Assembly: GCA_016213445.1 (NCBI GenBank)
Contig: JACRAJ010000001.1
Location: forward strand, 78,203-142,202
DNA length: 64,000 bases
Reading direction: 5' to 3'
Source: Candidatus Azambacteria bacterium
GTDB lineage: Bacteria; Patescibacteriota; Minisyncoccia; UBA10092
The notes beneath the pieces were generated by a model. It searched no databases. It was not told the DNA's origin and saw only the letters and a program-made list of their open reading frames with translations. Below, piece after piece: positions 53,442 through 62,894 of this stretch (positions within the stretch are counted from its first letter, which is position 1; the number at the start of each line of letters is the position of its first letter). The position numbers and the translations under genes are program-made.

Positions 53442-53912
53442 CTAATTTGGCTTACATAAGCTAAAAATGCTAATCTTCCTTTTATTTCCTCCTAAGTTTT
53501 CGAATTTTATTTTCAAAACATCTTTCGGTAAAATATTTTCCACTTTATCGGCCCATTCGACGGCAATGATGTTTTCCGGATTTTTAATCAAGTCTTCGAA
53601 TCCCAATTCCAAAAGCTCTTCGGGATTTTTCAGCCGATAGGCGTCGATGTGATAAAAATTTTTGTATTTTTTCAATGACAGGCGAAAATCTTTTTGAATG
53701 ACAAATGTCGGGCTTGAAACATCTTCCTTTATTTTAAGCCCCCGGGCCAAACCCTGAATGAAAGCGGTTTTCCCCGCGCCCAAATCGCCGCTTAAAGCAA
53801 GAATCGACGCCCGAATCGGACTGCTCGGATTTTTTTCCAAAATGGAAGCCAAAACAAAACCCGTTTTTTGGGTTTCTTCCGGCGAATTGGAATAAACTTC
53901 AACGGCTTTCAT
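53442..53912 (-). CDS. tsaE: tRNA t6A biosynthesis ATPase TsaE
   Basis: LSGDLGAGKTAFIQGLARGL, SPTF and HIDAYRL. Confidence 0.85.
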   Translation of the reverse strand: MKAVEVYSNSPEETQKTGFVLASILEKNPSSPIRASILALSGDLGAGKTAFIQGLARGLKIKEDVSSPTFVIQKDFRLSLKKYKNFYHIDAYRLKNPEELLELGFEDLIKNPENIIAVEWADKVENILPKDVLKIKFENLGGNKRKISIFSLCKPN

Positions 53913-53994
53913 GGTGTTTGAATCGTAGCACAAAACTTATCCACAGAAAAATTTGACGTTGGGTTTTCTTTATTCAATCATACAAACAACATAT

Positions 53995-55659
53995 ATGGTT
54001 TTTAAGGGGGAACAAAAAGAAGAGGAGTTTTTGGCCAAAGTCCGGCGCGAAGAAGAAGAAAATCGGGCAAAAATTTTGGCGGAAAAAACGGGCCTGCCGT
54101 ATCTCAACTTGGCTTTTATTCCGATTGAAAGCGACGCTTTAAAATTGATACCGAAAGAAACGGCCGAAAAATCCAAAATCGCCGCAATAAACCGCGAAGC
54201 CAAAATCCTCCACCTTGCCGCCGTAAACCCGGATGACAAAGAAACGCAATCCGCGATCGGCGAGCTGGAAAAATCGGGATATGCCGTAAAAATATTTGTC
54301 GTTTCGGAAAGCGGTTTGAAAAAAGCGCTTTCTTTTTATCCGCCGGCCGCCGAAACCAAAGAAATAACAGGGCAAGTTGAAATTTCAAACACAACGCTGT
54401 CAGAATTAAAAAAAGAAATAGCCGACATTAAAACTTTGCAAAAAGTTTTGGAGAATTTGTTCGAAGCCAAAGCGTCGCAAATAGTCGAGGCGGCGCTGGC
54501 CGGCGCCTTAATTCTTAAAGCTTCCGACATTCATTTTGAGCCCGAGGAGGGCAAAACCCGTATTCGCCTGCGCCTCGACGGCCTTTTGGAAGACATAACT
54601 TTCATACCTGAACCGGCTTATTTTCTGTTGCTCAACAGGATAAAACTTCTTTCGGGGTTAAAATTGAATATTCATGAAAAAGCCCAAGACGGCCGGTTCA
54701 GCATTTCTAGCGATAACAATGAAATAGAAATAAGGACTTCCGTTTTGCCGGGCGCGTACGGCGAAAATATCGTGATGAGGGTTTTAAATCCGAGCGCGAT
54801 AAAAATCGGCCTTGAAAATTTGGGAATAAGGGAAGACGATTTGGAAATCATCAACCAGGAACTTAAAAAGCCGACCGGAATGATACTCACCACCGGGCCG
54901 ACCGGTTCGGGAAAAACCACCACGCTCTACGCTTTCATTAAAAAAATTCTTGCTCCGGACATTAAAATTATTACCATTGAAGATCCGATTGAATACCATA
55001 TCGAAGGCGTGTCCCAAACTCAAGTGGAACCGGATAAGGGCTATACTTTCGAAAACGGGCTAAGATCGATAGTGCGCCAAGACCCCGATGTCATTTTGGT
55101 CGGGGAAATCCGCGACTACGAAACGGCGGAAATCGCCATGCACGCCGCCTTGACCGGCCACTTGGTTTTTTCAACGCTTCACACCAACGACTCCATCGGC
55201 GCCATTCCGCGATTGATTGATTTGGGCGTCAAGCCGCCGGTTATCGCGCCGGCCATTAATCTTTTAATGGCCCAACGGCTTTTGCGCCGGGTTTGCCCGA
55301 AATGCGCCAAAAAAAGGCCTATAACCGCCGAAGAACTGGAAAATTTTAAAAAAATACTGAAAGATTTGCCGCCGAGAGTGAAATTGGAAAAAGAATTAAA
55401 TGAAAAAATTCAAATATTGGAACCCCGAGGCTGTAAAGAATGCCACAACGGCTATTCCGGCCGAGTTGCCGTAATGGAACTTTTAAAAATCGACGACGAA
55501 ATGGAAGATTTGATTTTAAAATCGCCGACCGAAATCCAAATTAAAACCGCCGCCGTAAAATCGGGATTTGTCAGCATGGCGCAAGACGCGACCATTAAAA
55601 TAATAACCGGAATCACCACCATTGAAGAATCGGAAAGAGTTTTGGGTTCTTTTCTTTAA
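53995..55659 (+). CDS. second GspE/PilB-family secretion ATPase (orphan)
   Basis: T2SSE-N-like N-terminus, GPTGSGKTT, GEIRD and CPKC...CKEC. Confidence 0.85.
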   Translation: MVFKGEQKEEEFLAKVRREEEENRAKILAEKTGLPYLNLAFIPIESDALKLIPKETAEKSKIAAINREAKILHLAAVNPDDKETQSAIGELEKSGYAVKIFVVSESGLKKALSFYPPAAETKEITGQVEISNTTLSELKKEIADIKTLQKVLENLFEAKASQIVEAALAGALILKASDIHFEPEEGKTRIRLRLDGLLEDITFIPEPAYFLLLNRIKLLSGLKLNIHEKAQDGRFSISSDNNEIEIRTSVLPGAYGENIVMRVLNPSAIKIGLENLGIREDDLEIINQELKKPTGMILTTGPTGSGKTTTLYAFIKKILAPDIKIITIEDPIEYHIEGVSQTQVEPDKGYTFENGLRSIVRQDPDVILVGEIRDYETAEIAMHAALTGHLVFSTLHTNDSIGAIPRLIDLGVKPPVIAPAINLLMAQRLLRRVCPKCAKKRPITAEELENFKKILKDLPPRVKLEKELNEKIQILEPRGCKECHNGYSGRVAVMELLKIDDEMEDLILKSPTEIQIKTAAVKSGFVSMAQDATIKIITGITTIEESERVLGSFL

Positions 55660-55690
55660 AAACAATATAAATAATTTTACGAAGCTTATG

Positions 55691-55738
55691 AAAGCGTTTT
55701 GGCATGGTCTTCGCATAGCGGAGCAAAACGCTTTTATC
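55691..55738 (+). terminator. 11-bp stem hairpin with a U-run after the ATPase gene
   Basis: aaagcgttttg...caaaacgcttt followed by ttat. Confidence 0.5.
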
Positions 55739-55813
55739 GGACAGCGAGAATTGCCGCTGGGCAATCGAGCGCGCGAGGAAAATTATTTATATTGGTTTTA
55801 AAGAGTAGACAGG

Positions 55814-55976
55814 GTTCTTAATAATCTCGAGGCAATAATCCTTCAAGCCAGCTTGAAGGGATAGGGCCGATTTGTGAAATGGCCCAGTCGGAACCAAGCC
55901 ACCCAAGCAAAGAAAGTCCCCGAAAAGGCCGAGTAGTGAAATATTTGACCTTTATTGCCTCGAGGTTGTTAAGAAC
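55814..55976 (+). ncRNA. 163-nt structured RNA candidate: 25-bp closing helix with two G-U wobbles plus internal hairpins; class unknown
   Basis: gttcttaataatctcgaggcaataa pairs with ttattgcctcgaggttgttaagaac. The two non-Watson-Crick positions are U-G on the plus strand and C-A on the minus strand. Inner hairpins: ccttcaag/cttgaagg and gggcc/ggccc. Confidence 0.55.
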
Positions 55977-56039
55977 GACGCTTTGCCAAGCGTCTCCGCG
56001 ATTATACTAAAAAATTATAGATTTGTCAATCCAAATAAA

Positions 56040-57080
56040 ATGGAAGATTTAAACTCAAAATTATCCGCCAAAGGCGGATCCGCCTTTGGCGGAAAGCCCG
56101 AAGACCGAACTCTCGACCAAGCTTTAAGGCCGCACATTTGGGATGAATATATCGGCCAGGAAAAAACCAAAACCAACCTCAAAATTCTTCTGGAAGCCGC
56201 CAAAAAACGCTCGGAACCGATCGATCACCTGCTTTTATACGGCCCGGCCGGCTTAGGCAAGACCACCTTGGCGTATATTATGGCGCGGGAAATGAACGCC
56301 AACATGAAAATCACCTCCGGCCCGGCAATAGAAAAAGTGGGCGATCTGGCTTCTATTCTAACAAATCTCAACAGCGGCGACGTGCTTTTTATCGATGAAG
56401 CCCATCGGTTGAATAAAACCGTTGAAGAAATCCTTTATCCGGCGATGGAAAACCGAATGCTTCATATTATCATAGGAAAAGGGCCGTCGGCCAGAACCTT
56501 GCAGCTTGATTTGCCGCCGTTTTCCTTAATCGCGGCAACCACCCGCGTCGGTTTATTGTCGAACCCCCTCCGCTCCCGATTCGGCGCCACTTTCCGGTTG
56601 GATTTTTACAGCATGGAAGACATAGAAAATATCTTAAAAAGATCGGCCGGGCTTATGGATTTGCAAACCGAACCGGAGGCGCTGAAAGAAATAGCCGCCT
56701 CATCGAGGTTTACCCCCCGCGTCGCCAACCGCCTGTTAAAGCGAGTGCGCGACTATGCCGAGGTTGAAGGCGATGGAATTATAAATAAAGAAATCGCCGA
56801 AAAAGCCTTGGCGCTTTTGGAAGTCGATCATTTGGGGCTGGAATCAACCGACCGCCGATTAATTGAGGTTATTATTAAAAAATTCAACGGCGGGCCGGTG
56901 GGCCTTCAGGCTTTGGCCGCCGCCGCTTCCGAAGAATTGGACACTATCGAAGACATAAACGAACCGTATCTTCTTCAAATCGGTTTTCTGCGGCGCACGC
57001 CCCGCGGCCGCATCGCCACCAAATTCGCCTATGAACATCTTGGCTTCAAGCCGCCCGCCGAAAATCAGAGCTTGCTTTAA
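56040..57080 (+). CDS. ruvB: Holliday junction helicase RuvB
   Basis: [24 protein letters not shown] and a sensor region. Start set at MEDLNSK. Confidence 0.95.
   Translation: MEDLNSKLSAKGGSAFGGKPEDRTLDQALRPHIWDEYIGQEKTKTNLKILLEAAKKRSEPIDHLLLYGPAGLGKTTLAYIMAREMNANMKITSGPAIEKVGDLASILTNLNSGDVLFIDEAHRLNKTVEEILYPAMENRMLHIIIGKGPSARTLQLDLPPFSLIAATTRVGLLSNPLRSRFGATFRLDFYSMEDIENILKRSAGLMDLQTEPEALKEIAASSRFTPRVANRLLKRVRDYAEVEGDGIINKEIAEKALALLEVDHLGLESTDRRLIEVIIKKFNGGPVGLQALAAAASEELDTIEDINEPYLLQIGFLRRTPRGRIATKFAYEHLGFKPPAENQSLL
56064..56093. repeat. perfect 30-nt double-hairpin palindrome, in frame at ruvB codons 9-18
   Basis: tccgccaaaggcggatccgcctttggcgga is its own reverse complement and encodes [10 protein letters not shown]. 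Confidence 0.9.
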
Positions 57081-57110
57081 TTTTTGAGATTTTAACTTTT
57101 AATTTGAAAC

Positions 57111-57650
57111 ATGTCCGGACACAGTAAATGGTCTACAATCAAACATAAAAAAGCTTTAACCGACGCCAAAAAATCGAAGGTTTTTTCAAAGATTGCCTCG
57201 CTCATCACCATCGCCGCGAAAAAAGGCGGCAATCCCGCCGATAATCCGACTTTGCGGACGATGATCGAAAAAGCGCGCGAAGTGAATATGCCCAAAGAAA
57301 ATATCGAACGCGCCATTAAAAGAGGCGCCGGAGAAATTGCCGGTGCTCACCTCGAAGAAGTCGCCTATGGCGCTTTCGGGCCCGGCGGCGCGGTTATTTT
57401 AATCACCGCGATTACCGACAATAAAAACCGGACGCTGGCGGAAATTAAAAAAATTTTATCTGACCATAACGCCAAATTCGCCGAATTGAATTCAATCCAA
57501 TGGATGTTTCGCCGCGAAGGAGCCGATTGGATCGCTAATAACCCCGTAAAAATAGAAGATGAAAATGCCAAGCGAGAACTTGAGGCGCTTTATAACGATT
57601 TGGACGAACAGCAGGATGTAAGTGAAATATATGATAATATTGGGGATTGA
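57111..57650 (+). CDS. YebC/PmpR family protein (short)
   Basis: MSGHSKWSTIKHKKA...KARE.NMPKENIERAIKRG. Confidence 0.85.
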   Translation: MSGHSKWSTIKHKKALTDAKKSKVFSKIASLITIAAKKGGNPADNPTLRTMIEKAREVNMPKENIERAIKRGAGEIAGAHLEEVAYGAFGPGGAVILITAITDNKNRTLAEIKKILSDHNAKFAELNSIQWMFRREGADWIANNPVKIEDENAKRELEALYNDLDEQQDVSEIYDNIGD

Positions 57651-58116
57651 TCCGGGCACGACTCGCATCGGCTACGCCGTAATTAAAAAAGAAAGCGGCG
57701 ACAATATCGATTTATTAACCTTCGGCTGCTTGGAAACCAAAAACAAGGAGCAGAAAAATCGCTTGACCGAAATTTCCGATTTTATTTCCGGACTTATTTC
57801 AAAATACCGGCCGAAAACTCTGGCGATTGAAAAACTTTTTTTTACGAAAAACGTCAAAACCGCCTTGTCGGTCGCCGAAGCCAGAGGAGTGATTATAAGC
57901 TCGGCAAATTCGCTGAATTTGGACATTCGCGAGTTTACGCCGCTTGAAGTGAAACTCGCCATTGCGGGATACGGCAAAGCGGAAAAGAACCAAGTCAGAA
58001 AGATGGTTTGCCGCATTTTAAAAATCGAAAAAATGCCCTTATTGGACGACACCAGCGACGCTCTTGCCATTGCTCTCACCGCTTGTTATACTAGCCCCAA
58101 ATTATCATTTAAATAA
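57631..58116 (+). CDS. ruvC: Holliday junction resolvase RuvC
   Basis: MIILGIDPGTTRIGYAVI...DTSDALAIAL. Confidence 0.9.
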   Translation: MIILGIDPGTTRIGYAVIKKESGDNIDLLTFGCLETKNKEQKNRLTEISDFISGLISKYRPKTLAIEKLFFTKNVKTALSVAEARGVIISSANSLNLDIREFTPLEVKLAIAGYGKAEKNQVRKMVCRILKIEKMPLLDDTSDALAIALTACYTSPKLSFK

Positions 58117-58121
58117 AAAAT

Positions 58122-58307
58122 ATGACCGCAAAAAGTCATTTTAACAACGATGATATTTTTGATAAAATAGACGAAGATGAATTAGAAGACCCCGAGGTGC
58201 CGGAAATGGGAGAGGGCGACGAAGATGAAATGTTCATGCCAAAAAGCGCCGAAGCGATTTTTGACGACGATACGGAAACGGAAGATCATTCCTTTAAAGA
58301 AATATAA
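58122..58307 (+). CDS. 61-aa highly acidic hypothetical protein
   Basis: Roughly 40% D/E residues. Begins 5 nt after ruvC, with a terminator downstream. Confidence 0.4.
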   Translation: MTAKSHFNNDDIFDKIDEDELEDPEVPEMGEGDEDEMFMPKSAEAIFDDDTETEDHSFKEI

Positions 58308-58316
58308 TCGTAAAAA

Positions 58317-58348
58317 TAAAATAATCCCGCCGCGGCGGGATTATTTTA
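58317..58348. terminator. bidirectional terminator overlapping the tyrS stop
   Basis: aaaataatcccgcc-gc-ggcgggattatttt. Confidence 0.7.
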
Positions 58349-59540
58349 TTTTAATCTTTGCAAAACGCCTTTTGCCTATTTGGACTATAAAATCCGATGC
58401 GATATTTATTTTTAAATCTTTAATCGGCCGGCCGCCAATTTTTACCGCGCCCTCATTCACTAATCGCCGGGCTTCGCTTTTTGATTTAACCAAATTTGTT
58501 TTAATCAACAAATCAATCATCTTGTAGCTCCCCTTTTCCAATAAAACCGCGGGCATTTTTTCCGGCAATTCGTGTTTTCTGAAAACTTTTTCAAATTCCA
58601 TTTCCGCCTTCTCGGCATTTTTTTCGCCGTGATACATTTTAACCAATTCAAAAGCCAAACGGCTTTTAACGTCGCGCGGATTCGCGCTTCCCGATTTCAT
58701 GTTAAATTCAAGTTCGACAATCTCGTTATCGGGAACCAATGTCAACGCTTTAAAATATTTTATTATCAGCGAATCGGGGGTCGACATTATTTTCCCGAAC
58801 ATGATGTCGGGTTTTTCGGCAATGCCGATATAATTGCCGTAGCTCTTGCTCATTTTTTTCGCGCCGTCGGTGCCTTCAATAAGCCAAGTCGTCAAAATAT
58901 CTTGCTCGGGCTGGCCGTAAGCCCGCTGTATTTTTCTGCCGGCCAAAAGATTGAGCAATTGATCTTCGCCTCCGATCTCAACATCCGCTTTCACCATTAC
59001 CGAATCATACCCCTGAAACAACGGGTACATCATTTCGGTGGCGGAAATATCTTTACCGCTTTCGATTCTTTTCCTGAAATCTTCTCTCTTAAGAACTTGC
59101 TGAACCGTCATGTGCCCCGCCAGCCGGTAAAAATCGGCGGCTTTCATTTTTTTAAACCATTCGCCGTTAAAGTGAATTTCGGTTTTTTTGATGTTTATAA
59201 TTTTTCCGGCCTGCGACAAATAATTTTTAAAATTTTTCTTGATTTCCGATTCCGCGAGCGGCTTTCTCGCTTCGGTTCTGCCGGTCGGATCGCCTATTCG
59301 CGCCGTAAAATCACCGATGATTAAAACGGCTTTGTGCCCCATTTCCTGAAACTGCTTCAGTTTCAACAACGGGACGGAGTGTCCCAAGTGAATGTCGGGC
59401 GATGTCGGGTCGATGCCGAATTTGATTCGCAAAGATTTGCCGGAAGACAGCGCTTTTTCCAAATGCTCTTTCACAACTGCGCCTGAAACCGCCCTGTTTA
59501 AAAGAGTTTTGATTTTTTCCGCATCGGCAACGATTTTCAT
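58341..59540 (-). CDS. tyrS: tyrosine--tRNA ligase
   Basis: HLGH (DIHLGHSV), KMSKS and a C-terminal S4 domain. Confidence 0.95.
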   Translation of the reverse strand: MKIVADAEKIKTLLNRAVSGAVVKEHLEKALSSGKSLRIKFGIDPTSPDIHLGHSVPLLKLKQFQEMGHKAVLIIGDFTARIGDPTGRTEARKPLAESEIKKNFKNYLSQAGKIINIKKTEIHFNGEWFKKMKAADFYRLAGHMTVQQVLKREDFRKRIESGKDISATEMMYPLFQGYDSVMVKADVEIGGEDQLLNLLAGRKIQRAYGQPEQDILTTWLIEGTDGAKKMSKSYGNYIGIAEKPDIMFGKIMSTPDSLIIKYFKALTLVPDNEIVELEFNMKSGSANPRDVKSRLAFELVKMYHGEKNAEKAEMEFEKVFRKHELPEKMPAVLLEKGSYKMIDLLIKTNLVKSKSEARRLVNEGAVKIGGRPIKDLKINIASDFIVQIGKRRFAKIKIK

Positions 59541-59644
59541 AAATCAACCATATCAAATCGCGCGCCCTTTGCCAAATTTTCAACCAATCGAAAAAAAATA
59601 TTTTATTTGAACTTTTTCGGATTTTATTGTATAAATATTTGGCA

Positions 59645-61777
59645 ATGACTAAATACAATAAAATTTCTTCCAAAATCGCGTTTTGGGGGATTATCGCTTT
59701 TTTCGCCGCCACAACGGCATTTATTTTGGCATTTTTTTATTACAGCCGCCAACTGCCCGATCCGAACGCCTGGCAAAACAGAAGGGTCGTGCAATCGACT
59801 AAAATATACGACCGCGACAACAAAAATCTTCTTTATGAAATCCACGGCGAAGAAAAAAGGACGGTGATCGCTTTTGATCAAATTCCCCAAACGGTAAAAA
59901 ACGCCACCATAGTCGCCGAAGACGCGACATTTTACCAACATTCGGGCATTAATATTCGCGGCATTGCCAGGGCGATTTTAACCGATATCAAAGGCGGCGC
60001 GCCGCTTGAAGGGGGATCAAGCATCACTCAACAGCTTATTAAAAATGCCTATCTTTCGCCGGAACGCACCATGAGCAGAAAAATAAAAGAATTTATTTTA
60101 GCCATCGCGCTTGAAAGAAGGCATTCGAAAAATGAAATCCTTAATTTTTATTTAAACCAGATTCCTTACGGTTCCAATTCTTACGGCATTGAAGCGGCGG
60201 CGCAAACTTTTTTCAACAAACCCGCCAAAGATCTCTCGCTTGCCGAGGCCGGTTATTTGGCCGCTTTGCCCCGCGCTCCATCCTATTATTCGCCTTACGG
60301 CAATCATCCGGAAGAACTTAAGGCGCGCGCCGATTATATTTTAAACCGATTGCATGAATTAAAATACATATCGGACGGCGAATACAAAGAAGCGCAAAAA
60401 ACAACGGTAAACTTTGTCGGCCAAAAAGCCGCCATCGCGGCTCCCCATTTCGTGATGTTTATCCGCGATTATTTGAACGAAAAATATGGGGAGGACTTCG
60501 TCGAAAAGGGCGGATTGAGAGTTACCACCACCCTTAATTTTGACATGCAAAAAAACGCCGAAACCGCCATTGCCGACGGCGCTAAGCGAAATGAAATTTA
60601 CAATGCCGCAAATGCCGCTCTGGCAGCTATTGATCCAAGAACCGGCCAAATTTTGGCAATGGTCGGCTCCAAAGATTATTTCGGCGATTCGGAGCCTGCG
60701 GGCTGTGAACCGGGAAAAAATTGCCGGTTCGAACCTAATGTAAATGTGGCTACCAGAGTAAGGCAGCCTGGATCGTCTTTCAAGCCGTTTGTTTACGCCA
60801 CAGCTTTAAACAACGGCTATGCGCCCGACACAATACTTTGGGATATTCCCACGGAATTTAATCCCTTGTGCTCCTGGAACGGCGTCGCCGAGCCCGGCGT
60901 TGACCAACAAACCTGCTATAAACCGAAAAATTATGACGGCCAATACAGGGGGTCTGTCACCTTAAAGCAAGCTTTGGCTAATTCATTAAACGTTCCTTCG
61001 GTTAAAATCCAGTATCTTGCCGGACTTAAAAATTCCCTAACTACCGCCGAAAATATGGGAATCACCACTTTAAGGGATGCTTCCAGTTACGGGCTTTCTT
61101 TGGTTTTGGGGTCGGCCGAAGCAAAATTATTGGATATGGTATCGGCTTACGGCGTTTTTGCGCAGGAAGGAATGCGAAGAGAGCCAACGGGCATTTTAAA
61201 AGTTGAGGACGGCAACGGAAATATTTTGGAAGAATATAAAGATAAAGGCCAAAAGGTTTTAAGCGAACAAGCGGCGCGGGAGATCAGCGATATTTTATCC
61301 GACAATAGCGCCCGAGCTTCGATATTCGGGCTGCACAGCCCGTTGTCGCTTGGCGATAGGCCGGCGGCGGCCAAAACTGGAACAACTCAAGACCCTAATG
61401 ACCCGACGAAATCGAGAGATGCCTGGATCATCGGCTATACTCCTTCGCTGGTAGCCGGAGTATGGGCCGGCAATAACAATAACGATCCGATAGAAAGGGG
61501 AGGGGCGGGTATGGCCGCCGCCGGCCCGATTTGGAATGATTTTATGGCTAAATCGTTAAAAGATTCTCCAATTGAAAATTTTTCCAAGCCCGATCCCGTT
61601 TTAACCGACAAGCCGATTCTTAATGGCCAATATCGGATAAATAATCAAATTCACAATATTTTACATTGGATCGATAGGGATGATCCGCAGGGAGAATCGC
61701 CGAAAAATCCCGAAAGCGACCCGCAATATAAAAATTGGGAAGCGTCTTTGCAAAACTGGCTGGCTACGCGTTTCTAA
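59645..61777 (+). CDS. bifunctional penicillin-binding protein 1A (GT51 plus transpeptidase)
   Basis: EDATFYQHSGI, GSSITQQ, SSFKP and KTGTT. Confidence 0.9.
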   Translation: MTKYNKISSKIAFWGIIAFFAATTAFILAFFYYSRQLPDPNAWQNRRVVQSTKIYDRDNKNLLYEIHGEEKRTVIAFDQIPQTVKNATIVAEDATFYQHSGINIRGIARAILTDIKGGAPLEGGSSITQQLIKNAYLSPERTMSRKIKEFILAIALERRHSKNEILNFYLNQIPYGSNSYGIEAAAQTFFNKPAKDLSLAEAGYLAALPRAPSYYSPYGNHPEELKARADYILNRLHELKYISDGEYKEAQKTTVNFVGQKAAIAAPHFVMFIRDYLNEKYGEDFVEKGGLRVTTTLNFDMQKNAETAIADGAKRNEIYNAANAALAAIDPRTGQILAMVGSKDYFGDSEPAGCEPGKNCRFEPNVNVATRVRQPGSSFKPFVYATALNNGYAPDTILWDIPTEFNPLCSWNGVAEPGVDQQTCYKPKNYDGQYRGSVTLKQALANSLNVPSVKIQYLAGLKNSLTTAENMGITTLRDASSYGLSLVLGSAEAKLLDMVSAYGVFAQEGMRREPTGILKVEDGNGNILEEYKDKGQKVLSEQAAREISDILSDNSARASIFGLHSPLSLGDRPAAAKTGTTQDPNDPTKSRDAWIIGYTPSLVAGVWAGNNNNDPIERGGAGMAAAGPIWNDFMAKSLKDSPIENFSKPDPVLTDKPILNGQYRINNQIHNILHWIDRDDPQGESPKNPESDPQYKNWEASLQNWLATRF

Positions 61778-62894
61778 TCGGCATTAAAATATAGAAAAAA
61801 TCATTATTTTCAACCGGCCTTATAACCGCCGGTTTTTGATCGCCGTTAAATTCCAAAATAATATCATCGCTTTTTATATTTTTCAGCCCATCCAAAAAAT
61901 ACCGCCAGTTAAAAGTAATATTAACGTCTTTTCCTTTGATTTCCGAACTAATTTTCGCCTCATGATTGCCAACTTCGTTATTATTCGAAAAAACTTCCAG
62001 ACGGGATTCGGCGCCGTTTGCTTTAAGCGTTATCTCGTTTAATTTCGAAGAAAAACAACCGGCCAATTTTATCGCTTCTTCCAAATCATTTCTTGAAGCG
62101 CGGCATATGGTTTCAAAAGATTTGGGAATAATCGCTTCATAATCCGGATAATGGCCTTCAATCAACCTTGATATGAGATGCGTATCCGTAAGATTGAATA
62201 AAATTTGATTTTGATCCATGTCGATTGAAATATTAATATTTTTGTCTCCCAAAATTCTCAAAATTTCATTGGCCGTTCTTAATGGAATAATAATGTTTCG
62301 CGAGTTCGCATAGTCGATTTTTATTTTATCTTTCAATTCTTCCGATTTTAAAAATAAAGTTTTATGCGCCAAGCGAAAACTGTCGGTCGACACGAATTTA
62401 ACTTGATCCGGTTCAATCACGAAATAAACGCTCGATATTTCCGGCCGGGCATCGGAGAGAGCCGCGGAATTCACAACACTGCCGAGCGCTTCTTTTAAAA
62501 TTTTAGAGTTAATATTTAAACTGAAAGTGTTTTTTATTTTGGGAATTATTGGAAAATCCTCAGCGCTTAAACCGTTGATAAACGCTTTTATATTATCGCA
62601 ACTTAAATAAAGTTTTTTATCTTTTACTTCAATATTAATATTTTTATTGGGAAGATTATTCACAAATTGGCTTAAAAGTTGGGCGGGAACCGTGATACTT
62701 CCTTCTTTCGAAATTTTGGAAGATACCCAAGAAATAAATCCGATTTCCAAATCAGTTGAAGAAATTTTTAATCTTCCTTTATCGGTGGCAATTAAAAAAT
62801 TATTCAAAATCGGCAATGTGGAATTATACTTTACAATCCTTAAAGCGTTATCGAGATTTTCTTTTAAATTTTCTTTTAAACATGTGATATTCAT
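61764..62894 (-). CDS. dnaN: DNA polymerase III beta sliding clamp
   Basis: 376 aa with a three-domain repeat pattern, directly downstream of dnaA. Confidence 0.85.
   Translation of the reverse strand: MNITCLKENLKENLDNALRIVKYNSTLPILNNFLIATDKGRLKISSTDLEIGFISWVSSKISKEGSITVPAQLLSQFVNNLPNKNINIEVKDKKLYLSCDNIKAFINGLSAEDFPIIPKIKNTFSLNINSKILKEALGSVVNSAALSDARPEISSVYFVIEPDQVKFVSTDSFRLAHKTLFLKSEELKDKIKIDYANSRNIIIPLRTANEILRILGDKNINISIDMDQNQILFNLTDTHLISRLIEGHYPDYEAIIPKSFETICRASRNDLEEAIKLAGCFSSKLNEITLKANGAESRLEVFSNNNEVGNHEAKISSEIKGKDVNITFNWRYFLDGLKNIKSDDIILEFNGDQKPAVIRPVENNDFFYILMPIRNA

Noticed and set aside
55900-55940. aagaaagtcccc and aaggccgagtag resemble RNase P RNA conserved regions (GAGGAAAGUCC, AAGGCCAAAUAG).
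   Set aside because: The element is only about 160-330 nt. The motifs are in the wrong order, and no P4 partner (ACAGAA..GGCUUA) is present.
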